DNA from: Phyllobates terribilis
Taxonomy: Eukaryota
Assembly: GCF_046119375.1 (NCBI RefSeq)
Contig: NW_027366915.1
Coordinates: 1-64,000, forward strand
Length of the DNA stretch: 64,000 bases
Direction: 5' to 3'
The translations under genes and the position numbers were made by a program. The notes under the pieces were generated by a model that searched no databases, was not told where the DNA came from, and worked only from the letters and a program-made list of their open reading frames with translations. How positions within the stretch are numbered: the first letter of the stretch is position 1; every line of letters begins with the position of its first letter. Positions 11,131-25,800 of this stretch are shown in pieces.

Positions 11131-14100
11131 GATTTGGTATCAGAGCTAAAGGTTTTGAAATCTATTTTTCATAATAATTTATGGATCTTTAAAAGTATTT
11201 GTTTTAAAGGTTTTTAAAAAATTATATAGACTAATTATTTATTCATTTATAAATAAATTATCTTACTCATTTTAAATCATATATATATAATTTATTTGAG
11301 TTTGATAAATGAATTTGAGTTGGAACACAAGAAAAGTGTTTATCTCTCCACTTATGTTTTTGAAAACACTGCCAAACTCTAGTGGAACTTCTACTCTCTT
11401 CTAGTTGTCATAAATTAAAGATTTATGATATTTCACATTTCAACCTATTCCTATCTCGTGGTAGACATTGATCCTTCTAGAACAATATAAGGAGTAGTAG
11501 CTCCTTTCGGATGTTGTGAACTCTTTTCTGGTCTTGGTAGGGTACAAGTATTAATAAATCGAAAATTTTACCTAGAGTAATGTTTACGTGATTTTATATA
11601 CCTGTTTCATTACCCCTAAGTTGATGAGTGTCGAAATTCCAATCTAATTCCTTTCATCCATATCCAGATGGTGAATACGAGAAATGATTCTCGTCCGTGG
11701 GGGTATTGGACCAAGCAATGCTTCTCAGATCCAATTTCAAAGCACTGCTAATCAGGATCATGAGTCGAGAGCCAATTCACAAAACCATCCATGAACGAGC
11801 ACCAAGAGTAGGATTACCTGCAAACTGGTCGAGCAGAACAGCCCACTAACCCAGCTGCTCCAGTTGACCTCAATACCGCCACCCTTGAAGCAACCAAACA
11901 TATAGTGGCTCAAGCAGTGCTGGATTGACAGCTCATATGTTCCCCCAGCATCCCTATTCCACCAGTTGCTTGCATAGACGCTGAAACAGAGGAGTCAGTA
12001 CCTCATGCTCGTGAGCGCAGAGCTGGAAGGAGCTATAGTCGGGCACTAAAGTCCATAAGACACTATGAAGCCTGATTTCTATGATGGAACCAGGGTGGTG
12101 TGAGAGTCTCTACTGGTTTGGGCAAATGAAACGTCTGTTCAGAAACATTGTGTGCACAGAAGCTCAGAAGGTGCACATAGCCTCGCTATCTTTAAAAGAT
12201 GTGGCGAGTGAATGGTGGAGTCCACTGGGTTAGCTGATCACCCTAAGCTGAGTTAGGAGATGTTCAAAACTAAGATGACTAACCGCTTCTTCTCAAAGGC
12301 TTTGAGAGAGGAGAAGCATAAAGAGTTTCTCCTATCCTAAGAACCATGGGATGAAGGTGAAAGAGCTGGTAGAAAAATTTAATCATCTGTTGCACTATTT
12401 TGATGTATCGACGGAGGAAGATAAAATCTGGCACTTCCACGAATGGATGAATTCAGAATTAAAGTCTATGATGTTGCGCCATGGTTGCTCCACTCTTGAG
12501 GAGTACATTGACGTAACAATCAAGATGGATTTAGCCATGGAGAATGCAAAGAAGGCTAGAAACAACAGCGACAGAGTGCTGGTAACCAGCACTACAATGG
12601 GTTCAAACGTCCGACACCACCGTCTAAATTTTCCAAAGCAGGCAAAGCCAGGACTAATCCATCTCAGTCAATGTCAACGCAGTGCTCTGAGTAGAGTAAG
12701 GGTCTGGTTCAATGCTACAATTGTTGGAGCTCCTGGTCATAAGAGCAATGTTTGCATGAAGCCTAGAAGGACCTGTTTTACTTGTGGGAAGGATGGACAT
12801 GTGCAAACATATTGTCCTAAAAAGAGGCAAGCTGGGGTTGAGTCTCAGCAAGGGTCAGTTAGTTACAACAACCGACCTCAACCAGGACCTGCAAGGATTG
12901 CGAATACTGCTATGCAGTCAAACGTTTAGAGCAAGGGAAAAAACTCCAATTGCATCAGGTAGCCAAGGCCAACGATTGTATGAGATGCGCGAGGCTGATG
13001 AACCAAATGCTCCAGTTTCTAAAGGTATTATATTCCTAGATTCTACCTCTGTATGCATATTATTTGATTCTGGTGCTACACATTCTTTGTTTTAAAGAGT
13101 TGTGTCAATAAGTTAGGCTTGAAGTGAAATGATACATGCAAACCATTCATAATAAATTTTCCAATTCGGAACAGTTGATAGGAACTAGTCGGTTGTCAAG
13201 ATTCCCAGTGACCCTCCAAGGTCGGGAGTTTGAACTTAATCTGTATTGCCATGGTTCCATACGACATTATTCTCGGGATGGATTGGTTGACACGTCATGA
13301 GACGGTAATTGAATTTTGTACAACGACAGTGGAAGTTTCATCTGGGGGCCATCAAGTGTGTAAGCTCAAGGGTCGGAATGACGCCGATAATGGAAACTTG
13401 ATTAATGCTATGGCAGCGTTTAAGCTACTTCGACAAGGTTGTGTCGGGTATTTGTGTTACTTGGATGTGCCCGAAAAGGATGAAGTTCTGGTTCACGATA
13501 TTCCTATTGTGCATGAACTTGAGAATGTCTTCCCGGAAGAAATCCCAGGTCTACCCCCTAATCGTGACGTGGAGTTTACTATTGAGTTGGAACCAGTAAA
13601 GGCACGGATCTCGAAGGCACCTTATCGAATGGCTCCAATAGAAATGCAAGAACTAAAGAAGCAGCTTGAAGAATTGCTCGAGAAGAGATATATTCGACCA
13701 AGTGCATCTCCTTGGGGTGCCCCCATCTTGTTCGTCAAGAAGAAAGATGGATCTTTTAGACTTTGCATCGATTATCGAGAGGTGAACAGAGTCAACATCA
13801 AGAACAAGTACCCCTTGCCTAGGATTGATGATCTTCTAGATCAATCACTAGGTGCCAAAGTCTTCTCCAAGATCGATCTGAGATCGGGTTACCATCATCT
13901 CAGGATTCATGAGGAGGATATCACAAAGGCTTCATTCCGTCCAAGACTACGAGTTTGTAGTAATGCCATTTGGACTAACGAATGCTCCAGCTGTGGTTAA
14001 TGGATTTGATGCATAGGTGCTTTAGGCAGTATCTAGACAAATTTGTTGTGGTGTTCATTGACGATATTCCGATCTACTCCCCAAACAAAGGAACACATGA

Positions 14101-16546
14101 AGAACATCTTCGGATTACCTTATCAATGCTTCCGGAAAATCAGTTGTATGCTTAGTTGTCCAAGTGCGACTTTTGGTTAAAGGAAGTGTCCTTCCTTGGG
14201 CATGTGATCAACGAGAAAGGAGTAATGGTTGATCCACAAAAGATTCAAGTTGTGGCTAATTGGAAGCAACTTTAGAATGTTAAAGAAGTGTGTAGTTTCT
14301 TGGGACTTGCAGGTTATTACAGACGGTTAGTGGAAAGATTTTCAAAGATCGCCTTGCCCATGACCGATTTACTTCACAAGGTTCATAAGAAGTTCATCTG
14401 GGATGAGAGGTGTGAGGCCAGCTTCCAGAAATTGAAAAAGTGTCTCACATCTGCGCCAGTTTTGGTGTTGCCTGGAGGAACTGAAGGGTATGTGGTCTAC
14501 AATGATGCTCCAAAGCAAGGTTTGGGGATGTGTGCTTATGCATCATGGGAAAGTCACATCATATGCATCTCGACACCTAAAGCCGTATGAGGCAAACTAC
14601 CCCTACCCATGACCTGGAGTTAGACGTAGTGGTGTTTGCTTTAAAGATCTGGAGACACTATCTCTATGGTGTGCGTTGCCAAATCTTCACTAACCATAAA
14701 GCCTAAAGTATGTGTTCACTCAAAAGGAATTGAATATGAGGCAGCGTCGATGGTTAGAGTTACTCAAGGATTACGATATCGAGTTACTCCACCATCCAGG
14801 AAAGGCCAACGTTGTAGCTGATGCATTGAGCAGGAAAACGATGCATGAGACTGCTATAGCCTTGCTCACTGCTCAGCCAAAATTACAACATGAATTGTTG
14901 AGAAGTGAGACCGAAGTATGGTGCAATCGTGAACAAGGGTATCTGAACATATTGGAGGTTCAGCCGACCTTGTTAGAGCAAATCAAAGAGAAACGGGTTG
15001 ATGATCTTGTCTTGGTAAAGCTATGCAGCAAAGTCCGAGATGGAAAGGCATCTGGGTTTGTGATACAGGATGATGGATCACTTTGGTTTCAGAATCGCAT
15101 TTGTGTGCCTGATGTTGTAGAGGTTTGCCAATTGATTTTGAAGGAAGCTCATTCCTCAACATAATCGGTGCATCCAGGCTCAAGTAAGATGTATAAAGAC
15201 TTGAAGAGGAACTTCTGGTGGCCGAACATGAAGTGGGATGTTGCAGAGTTTGTATCAAGATGTTTGACTTTCCAGAAGGTGAAGGTTGAACACCGTAGAC
15301 TAGGTCGAGAGTTGCAACCAATTCCGATACCAGTGTGGAAATGGGAAGACATTTCCATGGACTTCGTTACAGAATTGCCTAGAACTCAAGGAAAGAAAGA
15401 TGTTATCTCGGTGATTATTGATCGAATTACTAAGAGTGCTCACTTCGTCGCTATCAAGTCAACTTGGGGAACTCAAAAGTTGGATGAAGTGTTTCTGCAC
15501 GAGATAGTACGTCTTCATGGTACTCCGAAAACCATAGTCTCTGACCGAGATGGTCGTTTTATGTCAAGGTTTTGGAAAGAACTGCATAAGTCCATGGGAA
15601 CCGAGTTGAGATTCAGTACTGATTTTCACCCACAGACGGATGGTCAGTCAGAAAGGACGATTCAGACTCTTGGAAGACATGTTGAGAGCCTATGTCCTTG
15701 ATCAAACCTCGAGTTAGGAAAGCAGCTTAAGTTTGATTGAATTCACCTACAATAAAAGTTGGCATTCAACCATCAAGATGGCTCCGTTCGAATCCTTGTA
15801 TGGTCGGAAGTGCAGATCGCCTATTTGTTGGGATGAGAACGTTGAAAAGATTTTGTTGGGTCCCGAGCTTGTGGAAAGGACTGCCTCAGATGTCGCGTTA
15901 ATCAGGCAATGAATGCTCACAACCCAGAGTAGACAGAAGTCCTATGCAAACTTAAAGCGTAGAATGGTTGATTTCGAAGTTGGTGACAAGGTATTCGTGC
16001 GAGTATCCCCCTCAAAGAGAGTGTTCAGATTCGGGAAGCACGGGAAGCTTAATCCTTGCTATGTTGGACCATTCGAAATCCTTGATCGAGTTGGATCGTT
16101 GGCTTATCGTCTAGCAGTACCACCTTCTGTACACCTAGTGCTTAATGTCTTCCATGTGTCTCTACTGAGGAAGTACGTGCCAGATGACTCTCAGGTTCTC
16201 AATTATGATGACATTGAGATTCAAGAGAATGGAACATACTAGGAGAGACATGTTCATATACTGGAACGAAGGGACAAGAAATTGCGTTGCAAGATGGTTC
16301 CGCTCGTCAGAATTTTGTGGTCCAAGTCCGGATCCGAAAAGTGACTTGGGAAACCCGGGAGACCAAAGCCGATATGCGTAGTCGTTATCCTAAATTGTTT
16401 TTCAGCATAGTTTAGAGTCGAAACTTTTCTTGAAGGGAGAGTGATGTAATAACCCCTACCTTTTTCCGCATTTCCTTCCTATCTTTTGGACCTAGTCTCC
16501 TTTCGGTCGAGTTTCGGGGTCAAAATTTTTCTTAAGGGGGTAGTAT

Positions 16547-19096
16547 TGTAATACCCCTCTCTTTTATACCTTAATAATTAAGTTGATACTTAATCGAGTA
16601 TAAATTAAACTTTAATTATATTTTCAAGGAATTTTCTTACCTTTAAAAACCTTGAAAAAACCTATAATTAAAGTAAAAGTTGAAATTATCCTACAAGGGT
16701 AATTTATTTTCATATTTGACAAAGCTATGGTAAATCACTATCTTCATCATTTCCATCAACTATTTGTAGGTCTCCTCATCTCCTCATAGACCAACTATTG
16801 TAGCCTCTTCTTTGTCTTTTCCATGTGAGAGTTAATTCATTCTTATCTCTTCATCATGCACCTTCATCATCACCATTTTTCAATAAATAGGGAGCTTCTT
16901 CCTCACTTTCACTCTTAACCCGAATCTGAAATCCTCCCAGCTACTCAAGTTCGAGACTTTATTTACTTATTTTGACCACAAATTTGAATTCATCATACTC
17001 AAATTAGTGGAGTTTGACTCTTAAATCATTCAATTCCGCTTCCAAGCAATATCAATTCAACTCCGAAGATTGTATGTCCTCCTTACACTCTGATTTTTCG
17101 GTCACTTCTGTTTTTCTGTATTTATGAACTTGTCGCCCATAGTTTTCTGAGATTATTGAGTCTACATTGTAGTTCGACTCGATAAGAATCCAAATACACC
17201 AGTGTCGTCCAGTTTCGTCGTCATTTTACCCCTGAACGAGATATTCAAAGTTCATTGCGCAGCCCAGCCTCTAATTTCCGGCATGAACAGTGAGTGTTCA
17301 AGATTTTCCATTTTAATGAGTCTATAGTTCATATTTTCTTGATTTTCTTGATGCTAAGTTGTATTTTGTTTCGATACGAAGCCAACGATACCAACAACGT
17401 CTATTTTCGTTATCATTTGATCCCTAAACGAGTTCTTCGAAGTTCATTACGCAGTTCAGCAACTGTATTGGCGTGACCAGTAAGTGCTCACGGTCTTCGC
17501 CTTTTCTATAGGATACAATTCATCTTTTATGTATTTTCTTGACTCTAATTTGTATTTCATTTCGATACAAAGCCAATGATACCAACCATGTCCGATTCCG
17601 TCTTCGTTTGAGCTTTGAACGAGTAGTTCCAACCTAGTTGTGCACCAACATCTGTTCTACCGAGTTACATTCGGTTCTTGGAATCAAGCCGGAACCTTAT
17701 CCCCATTAGATCTATATCAACATCTTCTGATCTAAGGCAAGCGGCGGTTCTCTCTTGCTTATCTATTGTTTTTATTCCATATTTCTCTTAATTAGCATGA
17801 ATCGGTTTTTATATTAAGTTGGGATAAAATATTATCTCTTGTGTGGTGGGAACTTCAATAACCTAAAATAAATGTTGTTTAGGTTGTATGCATATAGAGG
17901 TTATACTATATATATATGTATGTATGTGTGATTATATTATTATCTTAGGGTGATAGATGGACTTTGTTGTGGATATATTATATAGTTAGAACGAGTATTC
18001 ATAGGAACACTATGTACCTCGCGAGGTCTAGTTGTTTCTTTATAACTCAGTATTAGGAGGATGTGTCCTAATATCTTTTGGTCATGATCGTACCCTTATA
18101 TGTAGATATAAGTGGTGGTGCACTTAGCCAGTGCCGACAATCGGGATTAGTCCCTTTGTTCTTATTGCAAGACATCATTAAAAGCTTCAACTTGAATGTA
18201 CGTTTTGAGAAGTAAAGAAGATAAGTGTTATTATGCACATAATAAATAAACCTCCGGGCGATTAGTACAACTTGGAAAATTGCCTGGCCTCCTGGTTAAG
18301 TAAGTCATCTTTCCAATCTGAATTCGCACAACACGTATGCGGTGAGGTTGGTCGTTGACCCAATTATTCATGGGAGGTTGTTTCATCAAACCATTGTTGG
18401 TTATTATCTAAAATGTTCCCATAAAAATATATATATATTCAAATATAATTCCTATAAGAATCAATTCCCTTGGAGTCTTCTCTTGTTATAAATATTTCCC
18501 ATAAGACTCAATTCCCTTGGAGTCTTCTCTTGTTATAAATAATTCCCATAAGACTCAATTTCTTTGGAGTCTTCTCTTGTTATATATATACATATCTTTT
18601 CCTAATTCGGTGGAAGTATCGAAGTTTCCTCGGCTATCGGCTTTCATTCGAGAATCGGTGAGTTTTAACTTGATACGACCACAAAGAGCATCATATAAAT
18701 CCCATTTCCATAGTCTTTCATTAGACTAACCGATCGTTATTTTCCTTGCATGGTTGGCTGGTGTCATCCGTCTACATACGACACATCAGGTGGTGCTCCC
18801 TAGGTGTGAAGAAGAAATCCCAATAGTTGGCAGTTAATGTTTCAAGTTCATGTTATCAAGGTTGAAAACCCTGATGTTGATCAAGTTATATATATAATTG
18901 TTATTTTTACAAGTCTTCCGTTGATGTAATTTGTATTACAATTTCACATTGTTCTGATTTTCCGCATTATTATGTAAGACTTTGATATTATATATATATG
19001 TGTTATGTTTCAATGATATATAAGCCTGGGTGATTTTGGACGTGAGAGTCTAAAGTCATCGCCGGTAATATTCCCATGTGAATTGGGGAAGTTACA
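16547..19096 (+). repeat. 3' LTR of the Tekay element (~2.55 kb)
   Basis: Starts TGTAATACCC after PPT AAGGGGGTAG and ends GGGGAAGTTACA. Confidence 0.88.
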
Positions 19097-21100
19097 ACTG
19101 CACCACCTTTAGGATACCACATACAAAGGTTGCCTGAGCCTTTAAGGTATCGAAGTATCCTTTTGATGTTGATGAGGTGACTGGCTCAAGGGTCGCTTTG
19201 AGCTCTGGCACACAAGCTCACTGCAAACACTATATCTGGAGTGAGTTTCACGCTTCCAATGACCTAATCCTTCCTTGTTTCTTATCTCCGAAGGAAATGA
19301 TACCTCCTTCGCTATGTTGAAACGAGAGAAAGAAATGTGGGTCGTCCATCATATGACACGAAAAACCACTATCAATGAACCATTTTCTCTTCGCTTCAAC
19401 CTGCATTTAAGAAGAATTAATGTTTGGGAACCCATCGAAGCTTAGGCTTTGTGGGAGGATTAATAGAAGCACCACCTAATATAGAGTTCCTAGGTCTAGC
19501 TTTAGTGGAAGGTGCAATAGGTTGATAGTAAGAAGGGTCATTCAAATCTAAGATTTGATTAGCCTTAGATTTGTATGCAACATGGGTTTTGTTCTTAAGC
19601 GCCCTTTTACTTTCACACTATTGCACCATATGATCATTTTTACCACAGTGAGTACAGTATAGATTGTATCTCACATAGCCGTACTTGCCCTTTCCTGGGC
19701 AAAATGGAGCTTTCTTCTCAAGCTTATCATGCTGAGATTTAGGATTCTTGGCTTGCTTTAGATGTAGCTCGTGTACTTTTTCCCCATGCAACCATCTTTT
19801 GTTTTCTTTGGGGTTCTCTTCAAGAGTCTTCATCTTTTTTTCAAGATATTCATTCTTACTTTTGCAAGATTGAAGTTCTTTAGACAATGAATTGATCTTT
19901 GCAGTCAATTCAATGGTAAGAGGAATATCTTTTGAACAAGATGGAGATTCTTCAGGAGAAGGGCCTAGCTTTAACAAAGACTGTTTGATTCACAGTCTTT
20001 TCTTCGATAGACTGGGTTAGTTTGTCGAGCTTATCCATTATTGTGTCAAGATGGCTTGAAATATTTGAATCACAAGGTTGCTTAATGCCTTTGCCTTTAC
20101 ATTGTTCACAAAACTTTGTAAGGACAACGGTTTCAGCGTGTAGCTTCTTGGATAATTCGACGGTTTCAGCTCGAAGTTCACTGATTTCCTCAATGTACTC
20201 GTTATCTTGAGACATAAGGGTGTCTTTATCTCCAAGCAACCCTTGAAGCAAGTTAATCAATTCCTCTTTAGGTAAAAGATTAAGTTTGATAGAGGATACC
20301 TTCATTGGCTTGTTATTGTCTGAGTCCTCCATCGCCATTAGACATTTGTCTTGCTTGTTCTCACCTACATCGAGCTCGTCGTCAGAGTTGCCCCATGCGG
20401 TGAAGAAGGCTTTCTTTGGCTCAGTGTTGCTTGTGCTCGCAACTACTTTTGGGTTGGTGCAGGTCTTGGCTAGGTGACCTTTTTGCTGACAATTATAGCA
20501 AACAAAGTTGCTAAGGTCCCTTTTGGCGAGTTGCTCTTTCTTGAAGTACCATTTATTCTTCACGAACTTCTTGAGCATTTTGGTCATCCTTGCAACTTCA
20601 GCGTCTTCTTCATCTTCAACGCTAGTCTCGCTATCCATTTTGGTCATCCTTGCAACTTCAGCGTCTTCTTCAACTGAATTCCAGAGCGAGCTTGACCACT
20701 TGCATGTATTACTCCACGTGTGCGGTGGATCTCGCTGTTTGCTTTGCAAGTTGCACTCTGTTGAGCTTGGCATTTAAAACGTGTGCTATATCAGAAACCT
20801 TCCAAAACGTTTTATTTGTCGTTTCCCTCTTCTGACTTAACTTCAGCTCGTTATCGCGCTTCTTCTCACACTGTATACTTCAGCGTGACTATCTCGCTGG
20901 TTCATTGTCCTTCAGAACTCTTAAGCTACACCTTAAAGCTTCATAAATACTTTAAGCGAAACTTGTACAATATTAACTAGACTCTTATATAGTCAACTAA
21001 ATCCTGTAAATACTATACATTCATTAAATCTATTAAATACTAAGATTACAATCATCGAATTTTAAAAAATTAAATTAAGCTAAGACTTAGCTGAACTACA
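19097..21100 (-). mobile_element. Internally deleted Sirevirus-type copia B (same family as copia A), interrupted by the Tekay element
   Basis: The LTR start TGTAGTTCAGC at 21100 runs into gag at ~20672. Gag CYNCQQKGHLAKTC...KAFFTAWGNSDDE...CLMA matches positions 1-220. The pol start WFIDSG is joined at ~19240 to RT (PDIVFAVSLCAR). The element is cut at 19097 by the Tekay LTR. Confidence 0.9.
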
Positions 21101-21914
21101 CTAATATTTAGATGGTATATCCTAGCTCATCGTTTGGATGTTTTCTCACCAATCAACCTCGAATACTTTAGACAGCAAATCAATTTATTTATTATGAACA
21201 ACTAGAAAGCTTATATGCTAAAAAAGTATACATCGTTTTTATGTGATGGGATTACAATTTACAGACAAGAGATACATTAACAAAAAGCCCTTTTACTTCT
21301 AAAATAAGGGAGATCCTAAATCTATTATTATCTTATTTATTAGATCAAACTTTTAAGTTTAAACTATAATTTTTTTTAGCCAAATGATTTTCAAATTTCA
21401 ACCCAAAATAGGTTTTTTGCCCTTAGAAATTCCACCCGAAAAATTAAATTTTGTCAAATTCACGAAATAACCTAAAGACTTGAATATTTTTCATGGTAAT
21501 TATAAGTGTGAGATTTATCTCGAACTATTCATCAGGCCCTCGAATATCAAAAAAAAAAATCATAAAATGTTGATATTTTATGAACTCTATATTCAAAATA
21601 TCCAGAATTTAGAAACTCAACTCATCAAATTACTGAATTTAGTAGTGTAGATACGAAGAGACTCGATAAGACTGTAATAAAAACTCTCAATTTAAACAAA
21701 TTAGAGACATCTAGATATTTATTTAAAAATACTACAAATTCAGGATTGATTACGAGAAAGATTATGTAAAATCATTGACCATTGCAGAGAATCACATGAT
21801 TATTAGGCGGATTCCCCTTTATTTTACAAACTCATTGTTCTTCCAATAATTAAAAAAATAAAATTGCATCATACTCTTCCTTTTCTCTATTAGAGCATTT
21901 CATATACTTTTAAG

Positions 21915-22251
21915 TAGGGGTGTTTATAATTTGATCCATCCGATTCGAAAATATTCGTATCCTATGAAATATTATCCGAATTTGATCCGATATATTTTAT
22001 CGAGTAGCGGATACAGGTCATGATCCGCCGAATATCCAAGGGTATGCTTTTATACTATAATCAGATATTTAGGATTTCTGAGACTGATTTCCAATCTGAA
22101 GTTTTTAAACCGGATATCCGGGATTCCCAGATACGGAAACAGATACCATTTTTGAACATTTCATTGCCTCGGCTCCTCTAGAAAGGCATTCAAGCTTCAG
22201 AAATACGAATATCGAATCTAATAAACGGATATCCGTTCATCAACTCCTCTA
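21915..22251. mobile_element. hAT-type MITE (TAGGGGTG... / ATCCG-repeat family)
   Basis: Ends TAGGGGTGTTTAT / ATCAACTCCTCTA; 8-bp TSD CTTTTAAG (21907-21914) / CTTGTAAG (22252-22259); many ATCCG/CGGAT motifs. Confidence 0.8.
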
Positions 22252-22337
22252 CTTGTAAGGAACAATCACGCACTAGCGTTTTTCTGGACTTTAACCAGTG
22301 TGAGCTTCAAGCCATATGGGTACAGTCATCTCCTTGG

Positions 22338-22620
22338 AGAGAGCGTTCGACAACCTACATTCATCTAGATGAATGTACCTAAAATTAGATGAAAAGAGGA
22401 TAATTTGTGTTTTTTTCATCTACCTCCTTGTCGAACAACTGCTTTGTCCCAAAAATTCATCTAGATGAATTTAAGAGCTCAATTTATCTAGCTTATCAAG
22501 TTTTCATGAGATGAATCTAAACAAAGTTCATCTTCATATTGGAGATTAATTGGAAAATTCATCTACGAACTTTCATCTAGATGAAAAATAAAATTCATCT
22601 AACATTGCCGAACGGAAGAG
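22338..22620. mobile_element. Tourist-like MITE with CATCTAGATG palindromic repeats
   Basis: Ends GCGTTCGACAA / TTGCCGAACGG resemble PIF/Harbinger TIRs; repeated TTCATCTAGATGAA. TSD not established. Confidence 0.5.
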
Positions 22621-22858
22621 TCTTTAATCCTCTTGTCTAACAGAAAATTTGAAACTCTGAATCATTTACTTAGCTGATGTTTGTCCAAGATCACAACAAG
22701 AGACATATACAACGCCAATTACTTCTTCAATTTCATTGACCAACATGTTACAATCTCAATCTCATCAGCCCACTCAAAAAATCACTACTACCTTACCAAA
22801 TAAACTACAACAAACAAAATGATCAAGAACATAATCCAAAAAAACACCACCTCCAATC

Positions 22859-25800
22859 TCAATAAGAAAACTCATGTCCCCTAACCGAAATATACTTCTT
22901 AACCCAAATTGCAACATCCTCAGCACAAGCCTGAGCCTGCGGGGTCTTAAGCAGAATATCAAGCGTCGCAAACTCATGAACAGAATCTTTATACTCCAAA
23001 ACCGGTGCATCAACGTTCTCCCTCCTCAACGCCTCTGAGTAATGAATAGCTCGATCCCTCATCCAATCGTGCTCTGCCACCACCGTCAGTGTCGGCGGCA
23101 TAAGCTTCAAGGGCGGGCCCGCACCGGGTAGGAGAGGGTTGGCGGCTCGGTGGTCGAGGCTGAAGTCGTGGTCGGGTAAGAGAAGCTTCCATGCGAGTAG
23201 AGATGTGGGTTTGTCGTAGAAGTATGAGTTGGATAGGGTTGTTTCGGATTGAGTCGGGATTGTGCCCATGAAGAATGGGTAGAGTAGTATTTGGGCTACT
23301 ACTTTTAATGGGCTTAAGTGTCTTGATTCTTCGATTGATTTACGAGCTATGTAGTCGGCGATGTTTGATCCACAGCTTACTCCAAGAAGAGCACATCTGT
23401 GAGCTTAGATAATAACTTGATCAGTTTAGTGTTTGGTTCGGTCTATTTGGTTTTTGTACATGCATATATTGGTACTTAGAGTGTGTTTGGCAAGGAAAAG
23501 AAAGTAAGGATTAATGGATTTTTTATTGTAAGTCTATTATCTAGAAAAATATTTTGAAACAAGATTATAATATCATTATAATAGACTTTTATTCTTAAAT
23601 TTTGACATGTGATACGAAGTTCTAAATGTACTTATTTCAATTTATACCATTATAATTGATAGTAACATTCAAACGATCCTTAGTGTTTCAGAAAGAAAAC
23701 ACGGTGCAAATGTACTATTTTTTTACAAGAGTAGTGTTTCAAACTATTTTTTTCAATGCTACTTTCATTAGTGTTTATACTGCTACCGTCTGTCAAACAC
23801 TACTGTGTCAGATAGAGTCTTAATACAAATCTAGGCTTATCATTCACTGCTTTATATCCAGACCATTTACGATGAAACCTCAGTCCATAGTTCTTGAGTA
23901 GCTAGAAACTAGAAAGAACTCTTTGATCTGCTAATCTCACCTATGCGAACTCACATGGATGAGTGATACCATACTAGAAGATTGGCTTCTTTGCACAATA
24001 TGAATTGAAGTGATCTCCAATCCTAATCCTAATACTAGCCAGAATGCCATAGCAACTAGCAATCTATTGAAGGCTTCACTCGTGAAAGAAAATGCTCCAA
24101 GTTTTAGCCAAAAAAGTGCTCTTATCAAAACTGTTCTGTTTGTACTTTATAGTTTCTACCATTGAAAATGTGAGGTTTGTCAACAAAAGCTGAAATGTTT
24201 GTATCTTACAAGATCAACCAAAACAAATACTTCGTCCGATTCATAATAAGTGCCCTTTTAAGAAACTCAATTATTTTCAACTTAATATGTTGTTTTAACT
24301 AGTAATTAATTATACTCCATTTTCTTAGAAGAAGTTTCCAATGCGGATTATATATCATGTGCGGACTCATTACAGTAACGCACTACCGGTGCACAACCAA
24401 GTACACTTGTTAGGGCACTGCCAGCCCGCACGTGATATATGGTCCGCACCTGATAAGCTCTCTCATTTTTTTATTTGCTTTTCGTTTTAATCACATATTA
24501 CTTATTTTCTTCTCTCTTACTTTCTCGTCTATCATCCAATCAAAACTTTTAATCCTCTTATATTTACACTCCTCTCTCATCTTCAAAGTAATATTATTGT
24601 GTGCTAAAAAATTATATTTTTATTTCTGTTTTTTGTTTCGTACAAAACAACACTTAGTTTATGTATTTTTTCCTTCTAAAACAACACTTCATATAAATCG
24701 GAGGGGTAGTACAAAGACAATTTCACATGTAAATATGTAATCATATGAAGCATATAATATTGCACCAAACAAATCAGTCGAAGGAACCTTCATACTGCAC
24801 CAATCTCTGATAGGTAATGAGGAAGGTTCCGGTAAAGACATTCTTAAGGTGTGAAATGAAACTAAAATTATATGTGAACATTATTATCTTATATGTAAAC
24901 TTAGAGTGCTCATCTATGAACCTAAAATATTGTACCAGGATTATTGCAACGGTTTTAAAACTAATACAATGTTTGATCGCATTGATCATTCTACGTATAT
25001 TAATGTGCACATATAAATTTTATTTCATTTCACATATTTATATTTTTATCTGATACTAATCCGATAATGCTATTGCCCGCGAATAATCTGATACTAGGAA
25101 TAAAGGGTGTGAAACATAAAAGTACGATTTTGTTGTTTGACCAAAAAAAGAATGATTATGTAATATGATCGATTAGGAACTAACCTGGAAGGATCACCAT
25201 GAGCAGCTAACCATGGCTCCACCATTGACGCCCCAAAGGTTTCCTTGACAATCTGCCTACGCGGGTCCACCTTCTTCCCCTCGCCGCCGCCCCTCGCTTT
25301 TACAACTAACGATTTGCTACACTCCGCCAGATTCGCCTGCTTGGCGAGCCAATTCAACACCTTCCATCCGTCCTCAAACGCCGCCGGATACCTACTCTCC
25401 GGTGCCAGCCTATATCCCACCGCCACTACAATCGCGTCGCACAGTTTAGCGATTCTCCGGCAGAAGAAATCGTTCGCTACCGAATCGTTGCTCCCGCTCA
25501 CGAAACCCCCTCCGTGGAATTGCACTATCACCGGCAGTTTCCGGAATTGATTCCTCTTCTTCTCTATCGACGGCAAGTACCCCCTATAAGCCCCGGAATC
25601 GCAGCCGGCGTTGGAGTTGGGGCTAATATGATTGGATGAGAGAGCGGAGTCAGGAAGGAAGATTCGAACGGTGAGGGAACTGAAGGCGTCGATGTGGATA
25701 TCCTTCGTAGCGACTCCGTCGGTGAAAACGGGGTTGGCGGAGGCGACTGTTTCCTCCGGCCGAGTGGAAATCCCGAAGGAGTCGGGTTTGCAGTTGGAAT

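Larger units (their letters stand above)
9312..19096 (+). mobile_element. Ty3/gypsy chromovirus (Tekay/Del lineage), degenerate, 5' LTR truncated
   Basis: PBS TGGTATCAGAGC (11135-11146). Gag from MVNTRNDS (~11667) with CX2CX4HX4C knuckles. Protease LFDSGATHS, RT LCIDYR...YPLPRIDDL, RNaseH, integrase (HPGSSKMYKDLK...HPQTDGQSERTIQ), chromodomain-like tail (VPLVRILWSK...TWE, ~16290-16400), PPT and two LTRs. Confidence 0.95.
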
